A DNA stretch of 64,000 nt. Origin: Zygnema circumcarinatum SAG 698-1b (lineage: Eukaryota; Plantae; Zygnematophyceae). The stretch is from assembly GCA_037447605.1 (NCBI GenBank), contig CM074821.1, positions 1,364,001-1,428,000 of the forward strand. Reading direction: 5' to 3'. How positions within the stretch are numbered: the stretch's first letter is position 1; the number at the start of each line of letters is the position of its first letter. A model generated the notes under the pieces. That model was not told where the DNA came from and did no database searches. It was given only the letters and a program-made list of their open reading frames with translations. Positions 22,601 through 36,268 of this stretch are shown in pieces. The translations under genes were made by a program, and so were the position numbers.

Positions 22601-25600
22601 GGGCGTATGCAGTGTATGGTTAGGAGAGGGAGAGGGTGCGAGGGGATGGAAAGGGAGGAGGAGAGGAAGGAGGAGGAGAGGGAGGAGGAGGAGGGGGGAG
22701 GGAGGCACGGATGAGAGACGGGGAGAAACAGGAAGGCCGCGCGGTAGGAGCCCCAGAATCCTCCAACGAGTTTTTAGCATTTTTTTATCCTTTCTAGCCC
22801 ACCTCTTTAACTCTACCCCTCCCCTTCTGAACCTTTCTTCATCCATCCATTTGTATACTCACTCACACCTTTGTTCACTTTTATATAAAACAACAAGTGA
22901 ATGTTGTAGTACCTGAAACCTTCCCTCCCTCCCTCCCTCCCTCCCTCCCTCNNNNNNNNNNCTCCCCCCTCCTTCCTGTCCCTTCCCCCTCTCACTCCTC
23001 CCTAATCAGGCCTCCCTCTTCTGCCAATTAAACGTTGACGAATTTAGGGCAGGCGAACTTTTGAAATTTCTGCTGATTGTAAAGTTTTTGCCAGCTCAAA
23101 TCCTCCTTGAAACACTCAGAAATCCTGCCATCCCCTCGAAACCCTAAATCCAACCGTAAAAGAAGTACTAAAGAAGCGTACAACCTACAAAAGATAACCT
23201 ATATCATAGAACAAGGCATTTTTTAGAGCATGATTTTTCCAATTCGAGGGGCTGCAAATGGTGGGGTTTGGACAGACAGTTCTGGAGGAGGTGAAGGAAA
23301 ATCCGCTAATCGTATTTATAAGAGATGCGGAACATTTGGTGGTTGGAAATTTGAATATTGGAAATATGCTGAAATCTCAGCTCGGAAAACCGGAGGGGCC
23401 AATGCTGATAGTGGGGTCGTACTCTACGCCCGAACAGGAGGTAGAGGAGGTAAATTTTTTTTTTTTTTTTCAAACATTTTTAGTATAGGAAGTTTGTATT
23501 GCTGTTTTATCTACGCCAATTGTTTCTCATGGGATTTTTTTTCTTTTCTAGTCTACCTCGGTATTGTCAAAGGACGAGAGGAGGGCTTTTTTGGGTTGAG
23601 GGTTTTGGTAGTGATTTGACCATTTTTGACCGCCCAAATGAGCAATCGATGACCAGGCTTTGAACTGGGGGGAGGGAATTCTCTACTTTTTAATCTTATA
23701 TTTCTTTTTTTTCCTTTTTCCTATAAAGTCGATAAATGTCCCTGAGAACCTCCCCTCCCCTCCTTGCACACCTTTGTAGTATATTTTGTACTTTTTTTAA
23801 GCCATATTGTAGTTTGTTTTACTTATTTTTGAATGAGAGCAGAATGGAGGAGATAGCGAAGCTGGCGAAAATTCCACGGATGCGCTTTTGGAATTTTTTC
23901 CCAATGAAATTACAATTCAGGCCCCCCGGGTTTGTTCCTTTGAACCATCTGTTTCTTAATACGGAAGATTGGGGAAATTTGAAAACCCTAGTAATTTAGG
24001 ATTTCAGTGATATTTCTAAATGTTTGTAAACCCTAATGTTTCAAGGTTTTTGGGTGCCACGTGGCATGCAGAAAAGTCCGGAGCTTGACATTTGGCGCCA
24101 ACAGATGGAAGCGGACGCCGACATTTTACGGGCCATGGAAAATCGGCGGGCGTTACAAGAGGTAGGAAAGGGAGGGGGGAGGGAGAGGAGAGGAGAAGAG
24201 AGAGGAGAGGAGAAGAGAGAGGAGAGGAGAGGAGAAGAGAGGAGAGGAGAAGAGAGAGGAGAGGAGAAGGGAGAGGAAAGGAGAAGAGAGAGGAGAGGAG
24301 AAGAGAGAGGAGAGGAAAGGAGAGAGGAGAGGAGAAGAGAGAGGAGAGGAGTGGAGAAGAGAGGAGAGGAGAAGAGAGAGGAGAGGAGAAGAGAGAGGAG
24401 AGGAGAAGAGAGGAGAAGAGAAGAGAGAGGAGAGGAGAAGAGAGAGGAGAGGAGAAGAGAGAGGAGAAGAGAAGAGAGAGGAGAGGAGGAGAGAGAGGAG
24501 AGGAGAAGAGAGAGGAGAGGAGAAGGGAGAAGAGAGGAAAAGAGAGAGGAGAGGAGAAGAGAGAGGAGAGGAGAAGAGAGAGGAGAGGAGAAGAGAGAGG
24601 GGGGAAGAGAGGATGGAAGAGAGGGAAGGGATGGAGAAGGGTAGAGAGAGGAGAGAAGAGAAGGGGAGGGAAGAGGGGAGGGAAAGAAGGGAGAAGGGGA
24701 GAGAGGATGAGAGAGGATAGGGGTGAGAGAAGGAGAGAGAGGGAAGAGAAGAGAAGTGAATGGGCTAAAGAGGAGGGGAGACAAGGTGAGAGAGAGAAAT
24801 AGGAGAGAGAATGGGAGAGACCTAAGTGGAAGAAATGGGGAGAGGAAGATGAGAGTGAAGGGGAGAGAGAGAATTAGAGAGCGAGTCGGAGAGCGAGTTG
24901 GAGAGACAAGGGGAAAGACAAGGGGGTTAAGGGACGGGAGAAGAGACTGGCAGAGAGAAAAGGGAAGTGTGAAGGGGAGAGAGAGAAAGCGAGAGTGAGA
25001 GGAGGGAAGTGAAGCGAGAGAAGGGAAGAGAGAGAATGGGAGAGAGCGAAGGGGAGGGAAGAGAGGAGAGAAATACGAGAGAGAAGGAGAGAGAGGATGA
25101 GAGAGGAAAGGGGAGAGAAGAGGGCAAATTGACGGGAAGTGACACTGGAATAGAGGAAAGGAAAGCAGGAACGAGAGAGAGAGAAGGCGGAGAGAGTGAG
25201 AATAGAGAAGTGAAGCGAGCGTAGGGAAGAGTCAATGGGAGAGAGCGAAGGCAGGGGAAGTCGTGAGAGAAAGAAGAGAGAGAAGTGGAGAGATAGAATG
25301 GAAGAGAGCGAAGGGGAGAGAGTGAGAAGAATTATGAAGAGATAGTAGGAGAGAGTGAGAATAGGAGAGAGCGGAAGGGAAAGGAGATCAGAAGGAGAAA
25401 AAACCCGCAGTTCTGCAAAGGAGCTAAGAATTTTCGGGACCAGATTCAAACCAGAAACCTGAAACTAGTGCCCAAAAACCCTAGCAATCCAAAATTAGCA
25501 GCCAGAAACAAGAAACTGAACCACAAAAATGTAATAGCTTCAAACTTCTTTCCGAACTTACTCTGGAATGTAAATATGTATTATTTATTTATACATGATA

Positions 25601-28600
25601 TATATGTATATACATATATATATATTTATTCGTTCGTTTTTCGTCTTTTCTTTGCAGGGTTTGAAGTGGAACGAAGTTCAGAGTGACGAGTTGGAGCAAA
25701 TTTCGATCACAGATTTGACGCTTTCCGAGGACGGTAAGGGAAACTCTGAAACCCTAATTTTGTCAGTCCGAATTACTTCAAAAATATTTACACTTTTTTG
25801 CCATCTAGTCATCATAATTCCCTACTTCTTCCGATTCCCCCGCCCCCCCTCCCTTTTTCTTTATGGCATGCAGATGCAGAAGACATTGTGGGATGGGCTG
25901 TGAGTCATTATTTGCGAGAAATTTCGGATCCCGTTTTGAGGGATGGGAAGCTGGTCATCACAGCAGAAAGGTAATTAAAATTCTTCTTAAACTAAAAAAT
26001 AAATTAATTAAGTTATTTGCTTTATAACAATTGAGTTTAGTTCAGGGTCACCCCTCATTCGTTTTCTTAAATTTCTGTATGCTGTTTCCTTTTCTGTTTC
26101 CTCCACATCTTTCTTTTGCAGTCTGAATTACGGGGTGGCTATGTTTCGAGCTGTGAGTGAAGACCAACATTCTCTGAAGGAGGAAGTGGAGAAGGTAAAT
26201 TTCAAACCCTAAACTAAGCTTTGGACCTGAATTGCTCTCCTCTCTCCCTCTGTCTTTGTGTCACCCTCTCGTTTCCTCTCCCTCTGTGTCTCTCACCTCC
26301 TCTCCCTCTGTCTCTGTTCCCCCCCTCTCTGTCTCTCTCTATTCGACTCCCTCTCTCGTTGTGTCCTGTCACTTTTTCTGTCTGTTTTTGTCCCCTCTCT
26401 GTATGTCCTCTCGCGCTCTCTCCCTCTCTCTGCCTCTCTCTCTCTCTCTTCTCATGTTTGACGGAGTTGCATTTCGCGTGCAGGTGAAGTCTGACAGCAA
26501 GAAAATCGAAAATGCGTTAATACAAAGTGGCAGGGGAGGGTTGGGAAAAGCGAATACGAAGGTGAGGGAGAGTTCACTCTGAGTCTGTATCGGGAGGAGA
26601 GAGGGTTTAGGGTTCAAGAGAGGGAGGGAGTCGGAGGAGGGGAAAGGATTTCAACCTTCTTTCTCCTCATAAAATTTGCGGCACATTCAGTCCTTGGCAG
26701 TTCCAAGTTCCCAAGACTTTGTTTTGCGCTTCAGGAAAACTGAGGAGAGCAGAGTTTGTGGAGATGGTAGTGCGGGAGACGGAGCGAGAAAAGGAGAGGG
26801 AGTGGGAGAGGGAGAGGGAGAGGGCGGGAAAGTGGGGAAAGGACGAGGAGAGATGGAGGGGAGAGGGAGAGGAACGACGGAAGGAGGAGGGATGAGAGGG
26901 AGCGTGGAAGGGCGAGGAGGGAGAGAGACGGAGAGACAGAGGCGTGACAAACATAGTCACACATATGACACCTTTCTCTCCCACACTCCCGAACCACTTC
27001 TCAGTATTGTTCTATTCACCGTAACAAAAACCGACCCTTCTTTGGAAACCCTAGGAACCCCAATTGCCCCGAAATCCCTAAAAGCCCAAAACCCAAAGGA
27101 GGTTTAGTCCATCGGTATTCAATTTTCCATCCATACAAGAAACCCAAAAAGCCGAATACGGATACGTAATAATACGGATAATAATAATACGGATAATACG
27201 GATAAATAATAATAATAATAATAATACGGATGCCGATACCTGTCCAGTATCGATCGGTTTGTTTCTTTGAATGTTTGTTTGATTGTTTGGTGGGAGTTTT
27301 CAGTCGTTTTCGGGGTGGAACAAGTTCGAGGAGAGAGTGTTGGCGGAGGTAGTCTCTCCCTCCGAAGTGGGAGTCTCCTTCAGCGAGATAGGCGCACTGG
27401 AGGGAGTGAAGCGCTCTCTCAGAGAGTTGGTCCTCCTCCCTCTCCGCCGCCCGGACCTCTTTGTGAGAGGACGTCTCACTCGGCCCTGCAGAGGGATACT
27501 GCTCTTCGGCCCACCAGGTGAAAAAAACAGAGAAAGAAGGAAATAGAAAGGAAGGAAAAAGAAAGGAAAGAAAAAGAGGGGTCGCTGAAATGTTAAGGAA
27601 AAAGGGGAAAAAAAAGGAAGGGGGAAATGAGAGTGCGGAAGGTAGGAAGGAAGGTAGGGAAGTTTATGAGAAAGTGTGGAGGGTTTGTTACTGGAAATGT
27701 GGGAGACTCGGTGGCTGTTTTTGGCTGGGGAGGTTGAAATTAAGTACAGAAGTAGTTTTTTTTCATTGAGGAATTGAGGTACGTTTCCATTGTCATAAAA
27801 GCTTATTGAACATCCCTATCCCCCTCCTTTGTCCTCTCTCTCTCGCTCGCCCTCTCTCGTCTTCTTCTTCTTCTCTCACCCCCTCTCCCTTTTCCTCTCT
27901 CCCACTCTCGCCCTCTCCCTCTCTCCCTCTCTCTCCCTCATCCTCTCCCTGTCCTTTTCCCTCTCTCCCCCTCTTCCTCTTCCTGTCCTTTTCCCTCACT
28001 CCCCCTCTCCTTTTCTCCCTCTCTCTCCCTCTTCCTCTCCATTTCCCGCTCTCCCTCCCCCCCCCCTCCCTCTCTCCCTCGCCCCCCCTCTCCCACTCTG
28101 CCCTTCTTTTCCTTTTTCTTCACGAAGGCACGGGAAAAACCATGTTGGCGAAGGCGGTAGCAACGGAAGCAGGGGCGAATTTTATCAACATTTCAACAAG
28201 TACCATTTTGTCGAAGGTGAAATCTGAAACTCCACAAAATAAAATTCAAAGAATAAACCCTTTTTCAAGTACATACTTTGAGCTTCAGATTCACCATTCC
28301 TTCAGCATTTCTTGCTCAGTTTTTGTCCATCAAAAACCTTCAATTTCTGACTATTCTTTGTTCCTTTAAGCGGCCCAACTTTCTATACCATCTCTTCGTA
28401 CTATTCTTCTTAACCTTCTTAACTTTCCTCCTCCCTCCTTCCCCTTTTCCCCCTCTTCCCCCCCATATCATGTTAAATGTACTTACTCCTTTATCCTTCA
28501 TACCCACACCCCACTTCATACACCATCCCCTTATCCTCCCCATCCACTTTTCAGCCATTCCCTTTCCCCCCCCCCCCCACTCTCTCCCTCTCTCCTCCCC

Positions 28601-31053
28601 TCTCTCCTCCTCCTCCTCTCTCTCTCTCTCTCCTCTCTCTCGCTCTCCTCTCTCGCTCCCCTCTCTTCCTCTCTCTCTCGCTCTCTCTCTCTCTCCCTCC
28701 CTCCCTCTCTCCCTCTCTCTCTCTCTCCCCTCTCTCTCTCTCTTTCTCTCTCCTCTCTCTCTTCTCTCCCTTTTTCCCCCCAAAAAACCCTAAAACCCCT
28801 TCACCCCCTCCTTTTTTTCTTTCTCCCNNNNNNNNNNGGGGGAGGAGGAGGGGGGGGGGTGTTTTCTAGCCTTTGCTTTTGTGTTGATTCATGTGTCATG
28901 CTAAAGATATTTATTTTTGGCGGTGTATCGATTCTTTTTTTTTGCAGGTTGATGGTGGCTCTGCCGGACTTGGACGCTAGAGACAAAATTTTGAGAGTGA
29001 TTTTGTGCGAGGAGGAGCTGGAGGAGGGCTTTGACTTCCGCGGACTCGCGCAAAAGTCAGAAAATTATTCCGCAAGCGACCTCAAGGTGAAGGGGGCAAA
29101 GGGGGAAATAATTACAAGGAGAGACATTAGGAGAGGAATGGAGCTAAAGCGTGGTTTTTTGTGGTTTTAAAAAGAGGTAAAATAATAGAGTCTGGGATAG
29201 AAATGGGCTCCTCTTTTTCTTCAATAGAGAACGAGACACAGCGAGAGAGGGAGAGAGAGGGAGAGTGAATAAAAGAGAGAGGGAGAGAGAGGGAGAGAAG
29301 AGAGGGAGAGTGATTAAAAGAGAGGAGAGGGAGAGGGAGAGGGAGAGGGAGATGTTGTAAGGGGAGAGCCGTTGGTTCCGATAGTACTTAATTTGATTTT
29401 ACTAATTTCGAAAATGCTAAATTCCCACAGCTCGATTATTTATGCCCTAATTGTAGAACCCATACTTTTTTTTGGGGGGGGGGATTATGGGAAGCAGAAT
29501 TTATGCGTTGCGGCTGCGTACGAACCAATCCGGGAAGCTCTCGAGGAGGAAAAAAAAGTAGAATTCACATTTTTTTCCCTTTTGTTTTTTTCGCCTTCTT
29601 TGCTCTCTCTTGTTTTTTTCCCTCCCTCGTTCTTTCTTTTTCTTTGCTTGTGGAAGTCTCGTAGAATTTTTGCATTGTTGAAATTTTTGAAAAAGACAAT
29701 GTAATCCTGACGAAGGCAAAGAATAGAGAAAAGGGGGGGAGGGGAAGGTCCATGTATGTAAATAATATGGAGAAAGTTGCAATGCAGGTAATGGCGAAAA
29801 AATCGAAAATAAGTCTGAATTTGGAGAAAGGGGATGGGATAAAGAAGTCCGAGGGTGAAAAGGCCAAACTGAATCTCGAAACTGAAACCGTACAACCGAG
29901 TGTTTCGGGCAGCATGGAAACGGGGAGTGAGGGAGAGGTGAGAGAGGAGAGTGAGAGAGGCAGAGAGAGTGAGGTAGAGGCTACCTCCCCTTCCTGCAGC
30001 CGTGATGGAGGGGCAGAAGGAAGTAGCAGGAAGCAAGGAAAGGAGAGGGGGTTGAATGCTGATGAAAAGACTGGAACATGTAGTGATAGTGATGTTATCG
30101 TTATGAATGGGAGGGAGAGAGAGGGAAAGGGAGAGGGAGAGGGAGAGGGAGAGGGAGAGGAGGGAACAGAGGGGTGGATACCCAATGCAGCTGCGGAGGT
30201 TGTTGCTGCCATAGCTGCAGAGGCAGCCATAGCTGCGGCGGAGGGAGGAGGGGAGGGAGAGAAGGGAGAGGAGGGAGAGAAGGCGGATGGGATAGAGGCG
30301 AGAGAGGAGGGCAGCACCTCGGGTGTAGTCATTACAGATGCTGCGAACTCTGTGGAGGGAGGTGATTTTTTGAATAACGGAGAAGGGAGAGGGGGGGAGA
30401 GAGAGAAGAGCGGAGGGGAGGGACAGAATAGTGAAGCTGATGAGGTCAGAGATGCAGTAGCAGGGATAGGCGAGGAGACGGAGGCGGATAGGGAGACGAG
30501 GGAGGAGGAGGAGAGGAGGAAGGAGGAGAGGGAGGAGGAGAGGTGGAAGGAGGGGGAGGAGGAGGAGGAGAGGCAGAAGGAGAGCGAGAAGGAGAGGCAG
30601 GAGGAGGATGAAGAGAAGGAGATGGAGATAAAGAACGAGAATGAGGAGAGGCCGGAGGAGGAAGAAAAGGAGACGGAGCGGAAGAAAGAGAACGCGAAGG
30701 AGAGACAGGAGGAGGGCAAGGAGAGGGATCGAGTGAAGGAGAGACAGGAGGAGATGGAGAAGCAGCAGGAGAGGGAGAGGGAGAGAGAGAAGGAGAAGAA
30801 GGAGAGAGTGGAGGAGGACGAAAGAGAAGGAGTAGCAAAGCGGATTCGCGAAGTGTGGCAGAGTCAGGAGGAGGAGCGGAGCAACAAATTACATTTGCGC
30901 CCTCTCAAAATGGCAGATTTTACGAAAGCCATGGCGGAAATTTCCCCGAGCACAGCCAATGAGGGGCAGGGCATGGCGGAGCTGCAGCAGTGGAACGCTC
31001 TCTATGGGGAGGGCGGCTCGCGGCAGAAAGCGTCGCTCAGCTACTTTCTTTAG
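19690..31053 (+). CDS. Plant MSP1/ATAD1-like AAA+ ATPase (At1g50140/At4g02480-type), multi-exon
   Basis: Exons encode ERFPYYL/SERTRDLLLNSAFLHLK, ILLCGPQGTEVYREALVRALA, KIGDR, PLIVFIRDAE, FPNEITIQAP, IVGWAVSH, IGALEGVK..LPLRRPDLF..CRGILLFGPP/GTGKTMLAKAVATEAGANFINIS, YSASDLK/NLCVAAAY and WNALYGEGGSRQKASLSYFL*. Walker B exon(s) are missing, probably in the gap at about 28828. Confidence 0.9.
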
Positions 31054-32490
31054 AGCCAAATTAGGGTTAAGGGCTTGGGCATGAGGGGGGGNNNNNNNNN
31101 NGGGAGGAGGGAGGGAGGGAGGGGGGAGAGCGGTCCTGTGGCTGGTCTGGTTTCTCTTGGAATAATGTTCGTCCATTTTACCTTTCGTGAAAGACTCGAA
31201 TGTACGGAAGTGCGACGGATCTCCATTTGACTTGTGGCAAGCAATGAATGGGTCACCGAAATACGGACAGGTTAAAATTTTTTGTTTTTAAGCTGTAGAA
31301 TAATTGGATTGATGGCTACTTGAAGCCGAACATGTGGCTACCGTGGAGCTAACCCTTCCGGCTGTATTTGTTTTCTCCTTAAAAAAAAATCATATTGCGA
31401 CTATCTCACTGTCTCAAAAAAATTGACAGTCGAACTCACATTCGCGATTGAATTCAAAAAGTTTGATGTTGATATAATAATAATTACTATTTCCATGTAA
31501 CTGAATTTGCAACTGCTTGGACTTTTGAATTGAATCTACGTCTGACAGTGCTTTTATCTTAATTATGTTTCACATTCTGGTGGAATCCGCACGTGGACAT
31601 TTTTGAAATAATTAAGAAAAAACTTTCAAACGTTCAACTGGAAAAAAAATTGCAGGCCGGCCTCTGAATCTTCTGTTCAATCTAAATCGAATCAGTTTGA
31701 GACGAAAATTTCATCTCCCGAAAAAGTCAACTTTTAAAGTACAGTATGCGAGTGGCTGGAGCGACGTCACAGGATGTTAAAAGTTCCATTCAAAAAAAGA
31801 AATTTTGTGGGCCCCTAAACATCACTCTGCATGGCCAGCCAGTCACCACTGACATCACTTTAGCGCATCCCCTACATCACATCCCACGTCCGCCACATAA
31901 CCGCGAAAGCTCGCAACATCACATTCGTATGTCAAACTATACAATTTATTTTTTATTTTTACACCGCTGGGCGACAGCTCGGCCTCAGCCAATCAGAGGC
32001 TCACAGACCTCCCTCTCTGACCCTCCTCTGCCTCCTCTCTAACACTTTTCTTGACTCAATTTTTTCCTCCTTTTCACTATTATCGATCCGTCGAAGTTTT
32101 TCCCAACGAGGACGACGCAGTCATCTATCGCCACGCCACGTGGCATTCGCTCATTGGCCTTTCGAATTCCTACCAGCATTAGTAAACCCTTAAATCCTCT
32201 GCATTTTGATGAGGCTGAGGTGACTGTGAGCTTTATTATTGAAGAACTAAGAGAACCCAAAACACTTCCTAACTTTCTACATATCTACGAAACTTCCTTG
32301 AATTCCGCCTTCAAAAAGATCCTCCTCTCTACCTCCTCCCTCTCTCTCTCTCTCTCCCTCTGTCCCCCTCTATTTCAATCCCAAATTCCCGCCTCAAGGA
32401 GAGGCCAATTAAACCCCCCAAATGCACCCTCTGAATCCCCCCAACCCCCCCATCAAAACCCACTTCCTGAACCCTCCTATCCCCCCCTTT

Positions 32491-33154
32491 CTACATCGAA
32501 AACTTCTTCTCCAAATTGACGTACCCCTTCGGCGTCCCCAGCGAGGCCCCCAAAACCTCCACTCTCCGCACCTGCCACGCGGCATCGCTCCGCGCCCTCG
32601 GCAGACTAACCCTAATTTCCTCCTCCTCCCCCCCTCCCCCTGAACCCTCTACGCCCGCCACAGAGGCCCACACGTCTTCGAAGCTCCTCAAGGCCGAAAC
32701 CCTATCGCCATTGTCCCCATTGTCGAAAGCATCGGCGGAGGAAAAGTCCAAGGGTCTGTTGGTTTCCCCTGAAGAATCACCTGGCGCCGCCTCATAGTCC
32801 TCTGCTGCCGGGAGGCGCGGCGCCGGCCTGAGGCGGATGGCGGGGATGGAGAAGGAGACGTGTTTTAGGGATAGGGACTTCGCCTTGCGGTGCTGAAAGC
32901 AGGGCTTGGAGGGGGAGGGGATCTGCTCCGCGGTTTCCGGCGGGATTTGGGGGAGATCAGCGGTGGATTCTGGGGCGGATGGCGCTGAGCTGGACGGATC
33001 AACGGAGGAGAAGCCGTCGGAGGAGGAGGAGGAGGAGGAGGCGGGGGAGGGGGAGGCGGGGTCCTCCTCGAAGGTGGGGCTCATGGCGGTCATGGAGGAG
33101 AGGAGGTCGCGGAAGGCTCGCGAGTCGCAGTGGCTGAGCGACGCTGTCATGGAT
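32491..33154 (-). CDS. Hypothetical Ser/Pro-rich protein
   Basis: About 220-aa ORF from MASMTASL after a GA-rich leader, with a G-box-rich region upstream. No recognisable domain. Confidence 0.45.
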
Positions 33155-33399
33155 GCCATCCAACTCCCTCTCTCCCTGCTCACTCTCTCCCTCTCTCTCT
33201 CTCTTCCTGTTTCTCCCTCCCTCACTCCTTGCTCCCACTTCCTCTCTCTCTCTGTCTCTCCCTCACTTCCTCCCTCCCTCACTCTCCCTCCGTCTCCCTC
33301 CCAATCTCTCTCTCTCTCACTCTCTCCCCTCCGCGACGGAGCACTTCCGAGGGCGTCACCGCGTTTGGCCTATGTAACGTCAGCGCGGGAGGGCCGCGG

Positions 33400-34800
33400 G
33401 CGACATCGACGGCTGAGAGCGCATCGGTGGGCCCCCCACGTGGCAGAATCGTAACGGCTTCACGTGCCGCCAAGGGGCGCTGGCGGCTGCCACGCGGCGA
33501 GGGCGCCGGCCGCCGGCGGCACAAAACGACAAACGACAAGGACGTGCGGCGTAAAGGCGGGGAAGGAAAATCAAATTTTGTCGCGGGTCGGAAAAATTGA
33601 ATCGGGTTTTCAAAACTGAAAAGAAAAAAGAACTGGATTGACTTGCAAGTTTTGGGATCGGGCAGGCGGTTTAGGAGGGGCTCTGGCTCTGCGGACATGT
33701 GAAATTTTTGGGTGAGTGATATGACGGTTAGGAGGTAGGTTTTTTTCCTGCCCTTTTCAAGAAATTTGGAGAAAAATTGTGAACGAAAGAAATTATTAAA
33801 TCTCGTACGGATCGACAGATGTGTCCGTTGCGAACGATCCATGGCCAGCTGTACAACCTGAGAACGTTCCAAGAGCTGTACGAACACCTGTACGGGGACG
33901 TTGTGAGACACAGGACACAAAAGATACGGAATACAAATGGCCAATTACGGCTAGCCACGTGTCCCATTGACGTTGTCAGATTCGCTTGAGAGAATCCGTA
34001 CAGTGCGCCATCGTTTGGGAGCGACAAGAAAGACTCGGCAAATCTGGGGACATGGCAATCTCTAGGGCGGCCAAAATTTGGCATTTTCTTACAATCCAAG
34101 ATTTTGTGAATCTAGGAGTACCTACCCACCGACTTTATCCATAAATGATTTCTAGCACGGCCGTAGTGTCATACCTAGGGAAAAAAAATGTCTACGTGGC
34201 ATCATGCAATTGGTTGCGGTGCGACGAAAAATCCAAGAAGGGCGCACTGTTCTGCGTTATGAAAACTTCCGATTGGATGGATCAAAAGCGGGAGCATGTG
34301 AGGCCACGTGTCGTGGCCAGCTCAGCCATAGCTGGGGAACCGACAGAAAAGTACGGTACCGCAAGTGCCAGAAATGCCGCAACGTGGCCTCCTGTGGCGA
34401 AGTTCGGTATCTGCCAGGCGTCCTGTGCAATACGTGGCAGTTTTTTTCCAGATTTGTAGAATCCACAGATTTTCTAGTCTTGACTTGTGTGACCTGTGTG
34501 TCTTGTATAGATTCTAAATCATGGTGCCTCGGAAGGTCTTATTACGATATGATTCTCCTTTGCGCAGGGACTGGTGTCAGCGGGCGAATCTTCGGACTAT
34601 GAGTTCCGGGATCCGTGGAGATCCACCGAATCAAATTTGCGAGAGGAGGATTCGAATCGTCAGCTATCGTGATGCTCGTATCTAGTCAGAGCAATCCTGG
34701 CCAGGAAAAAGATATCTGTGTTGGGACACGTCAGCACATATTGAATTTCTTCTCTAGCCCACTGGGACCACGTCAGCGGAAATTAAAATCTGGTTATGGC
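33400..34800. promoter_or_regulatory. Cluster of G-box/ABRE-like ACGT elements
   Basis: CACGTGGC (33437), CACGTG (33461), CACGTGTC (33956, 34305), ACGTGGC (about 34194, 34382, 34432) and CACGTCAG (about 34727, 34768). Confidence 0.4.
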
Positions 34801-35279
34801 GAGCATTTATGAGTCGGCAGCAGGCAGGTCGGTCCATTGCGACCAGTCCTTCGTGGTTCCCCATGATAATGGTTTTGTCCGTATGTGCATTTGATGGCAT
34901 CGTGAGATCGATGCCACATCCTCGTCAGCAGGCATCGTCAAATAAGGGATTTTGCGTTTGTTTGCGTTTGTTGTTGTTGTTTTTAACTCCATTAAAGGAT
35001 AATTTCGAGTTTCGTTTAAGGGAATGCAGGGATTTGTAGTTTTTTTCTGTACTTTGTTTGTACTTTTTCGTACTGTTTCTGTACTTCTTTGTACTTTCTT
35101 TGTACTGGGCGAAGTTTTCGTCAGTAGCATTCGAATGTCATCACATCATCGTGTCTCCATCAGTGGACATCCACGAACTTCAAGCATCAACTCGCCAGTC
35201 AACCAATGGCAATGCCAACCAATGGCAATGCCAACAAATGAAAGTTATGCATAAGCCCTTCAACTGAGAACCGTACCCG

Positions 35280-35355
35280 AGGCCTGTTGTTGAGCCCCGA
35301 GCAGCGACCTTGAGACCAAACGTGTTTCCATGTTCTTGTTGGAACTTCACAACCT
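35280..35355 (-). pseudogene. Short transposase-like N-terminal fragment
   Basis: KFQQEHGNTFGLKVAARGSTTG resembles, from memory, the FQxxHxxxYGLxVxxRxxxTG N-terminal motif of hAT-like transposases in oomycetes and algae. Truncated. Confidence 0.3.
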
Positions 35356-36268
35356 TGTTGCTCGTCGTCATTGGCCGCATTTCGGGCTTGAAAGGAAACA
35401 AGGCAACAAAGAGGAGGGCAGGCAGACAGTACTTCGTTTTATCCGTACGCCTTAGGCGCCTCATTAAGTTGTTTTTCTATTTTTTTCCATATTGAAATGG
35501 GCGGCTCCTATTAAGGGAAAATATTCAGTTTTTCTCAAGGGATTTGAAGGAATTTTTCATAAGCTTATTTGACAATGCCTGGTCGGAAGCCTCCCCGGCT
35601 CCGGTGAAAACACATTTGTCGTTTTCTGCAGCTCTCGTTAGGGCAGGCGGAACGTCGCGATCGATCCGTGTTGTCCCTTTCAATACGGACAAAGAATGGA
35701 ATCTTTGGAGATACGCATCGTTGGTAAGAAATCCGATACAATCCTCGTATCGTATCGCGACATTTTCGCGATTTTTTTATTCACTCAGAAAATTAATAGG
35801 CACGTCCCTGCAGTCCCCGCGGCTCTAGCCGATATATCGTTCCGATATATTGGGCCGATATTGACGGCCTGAAGACTCGGAACTGCGACCTGGGGTCTTG
35901 GCCTGGGGCTTGGCTGCACAGGGCGGACCGTTGGATCAACCATTGCCAGCGGTTGCAACCAACCAACCATTGGATTGTTGCCATCCAATGGTTGGTCGAC
36001 GCCAACGGTTGAAAGTTGGTTGAACCAACGCCAACGGTTCGCAATCATTGGCACTGGTTAATAGCCATCGGACGCAACCAAAGATGGTTGGTAGTCATTA
36101 CATTGGATAGAAATTCACATACAAAGTGCAAAGCTTTATTCGCCAAAGTCGAAGACAAATATGCCAGACCCTCCCCCGCTCCCTCACCCGGCCATGCATT
36201 CAGACCTTTCAGTGCTGCGCCGAACTTCGGGATATGTTCTCAATGGAAGAGATGTGATAACTTGTTAA

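Noticed and set aside
21136-25449. Long Pro-, Gly-, Arg/Glu- and Leu/Ser-rich ORFs, also at 27.8-28.8, 44.2-45.0 and 51.3-51.9 kb
   Set aside because: They are C/T or G/A low-complexity introns that lack stop codons by composition.
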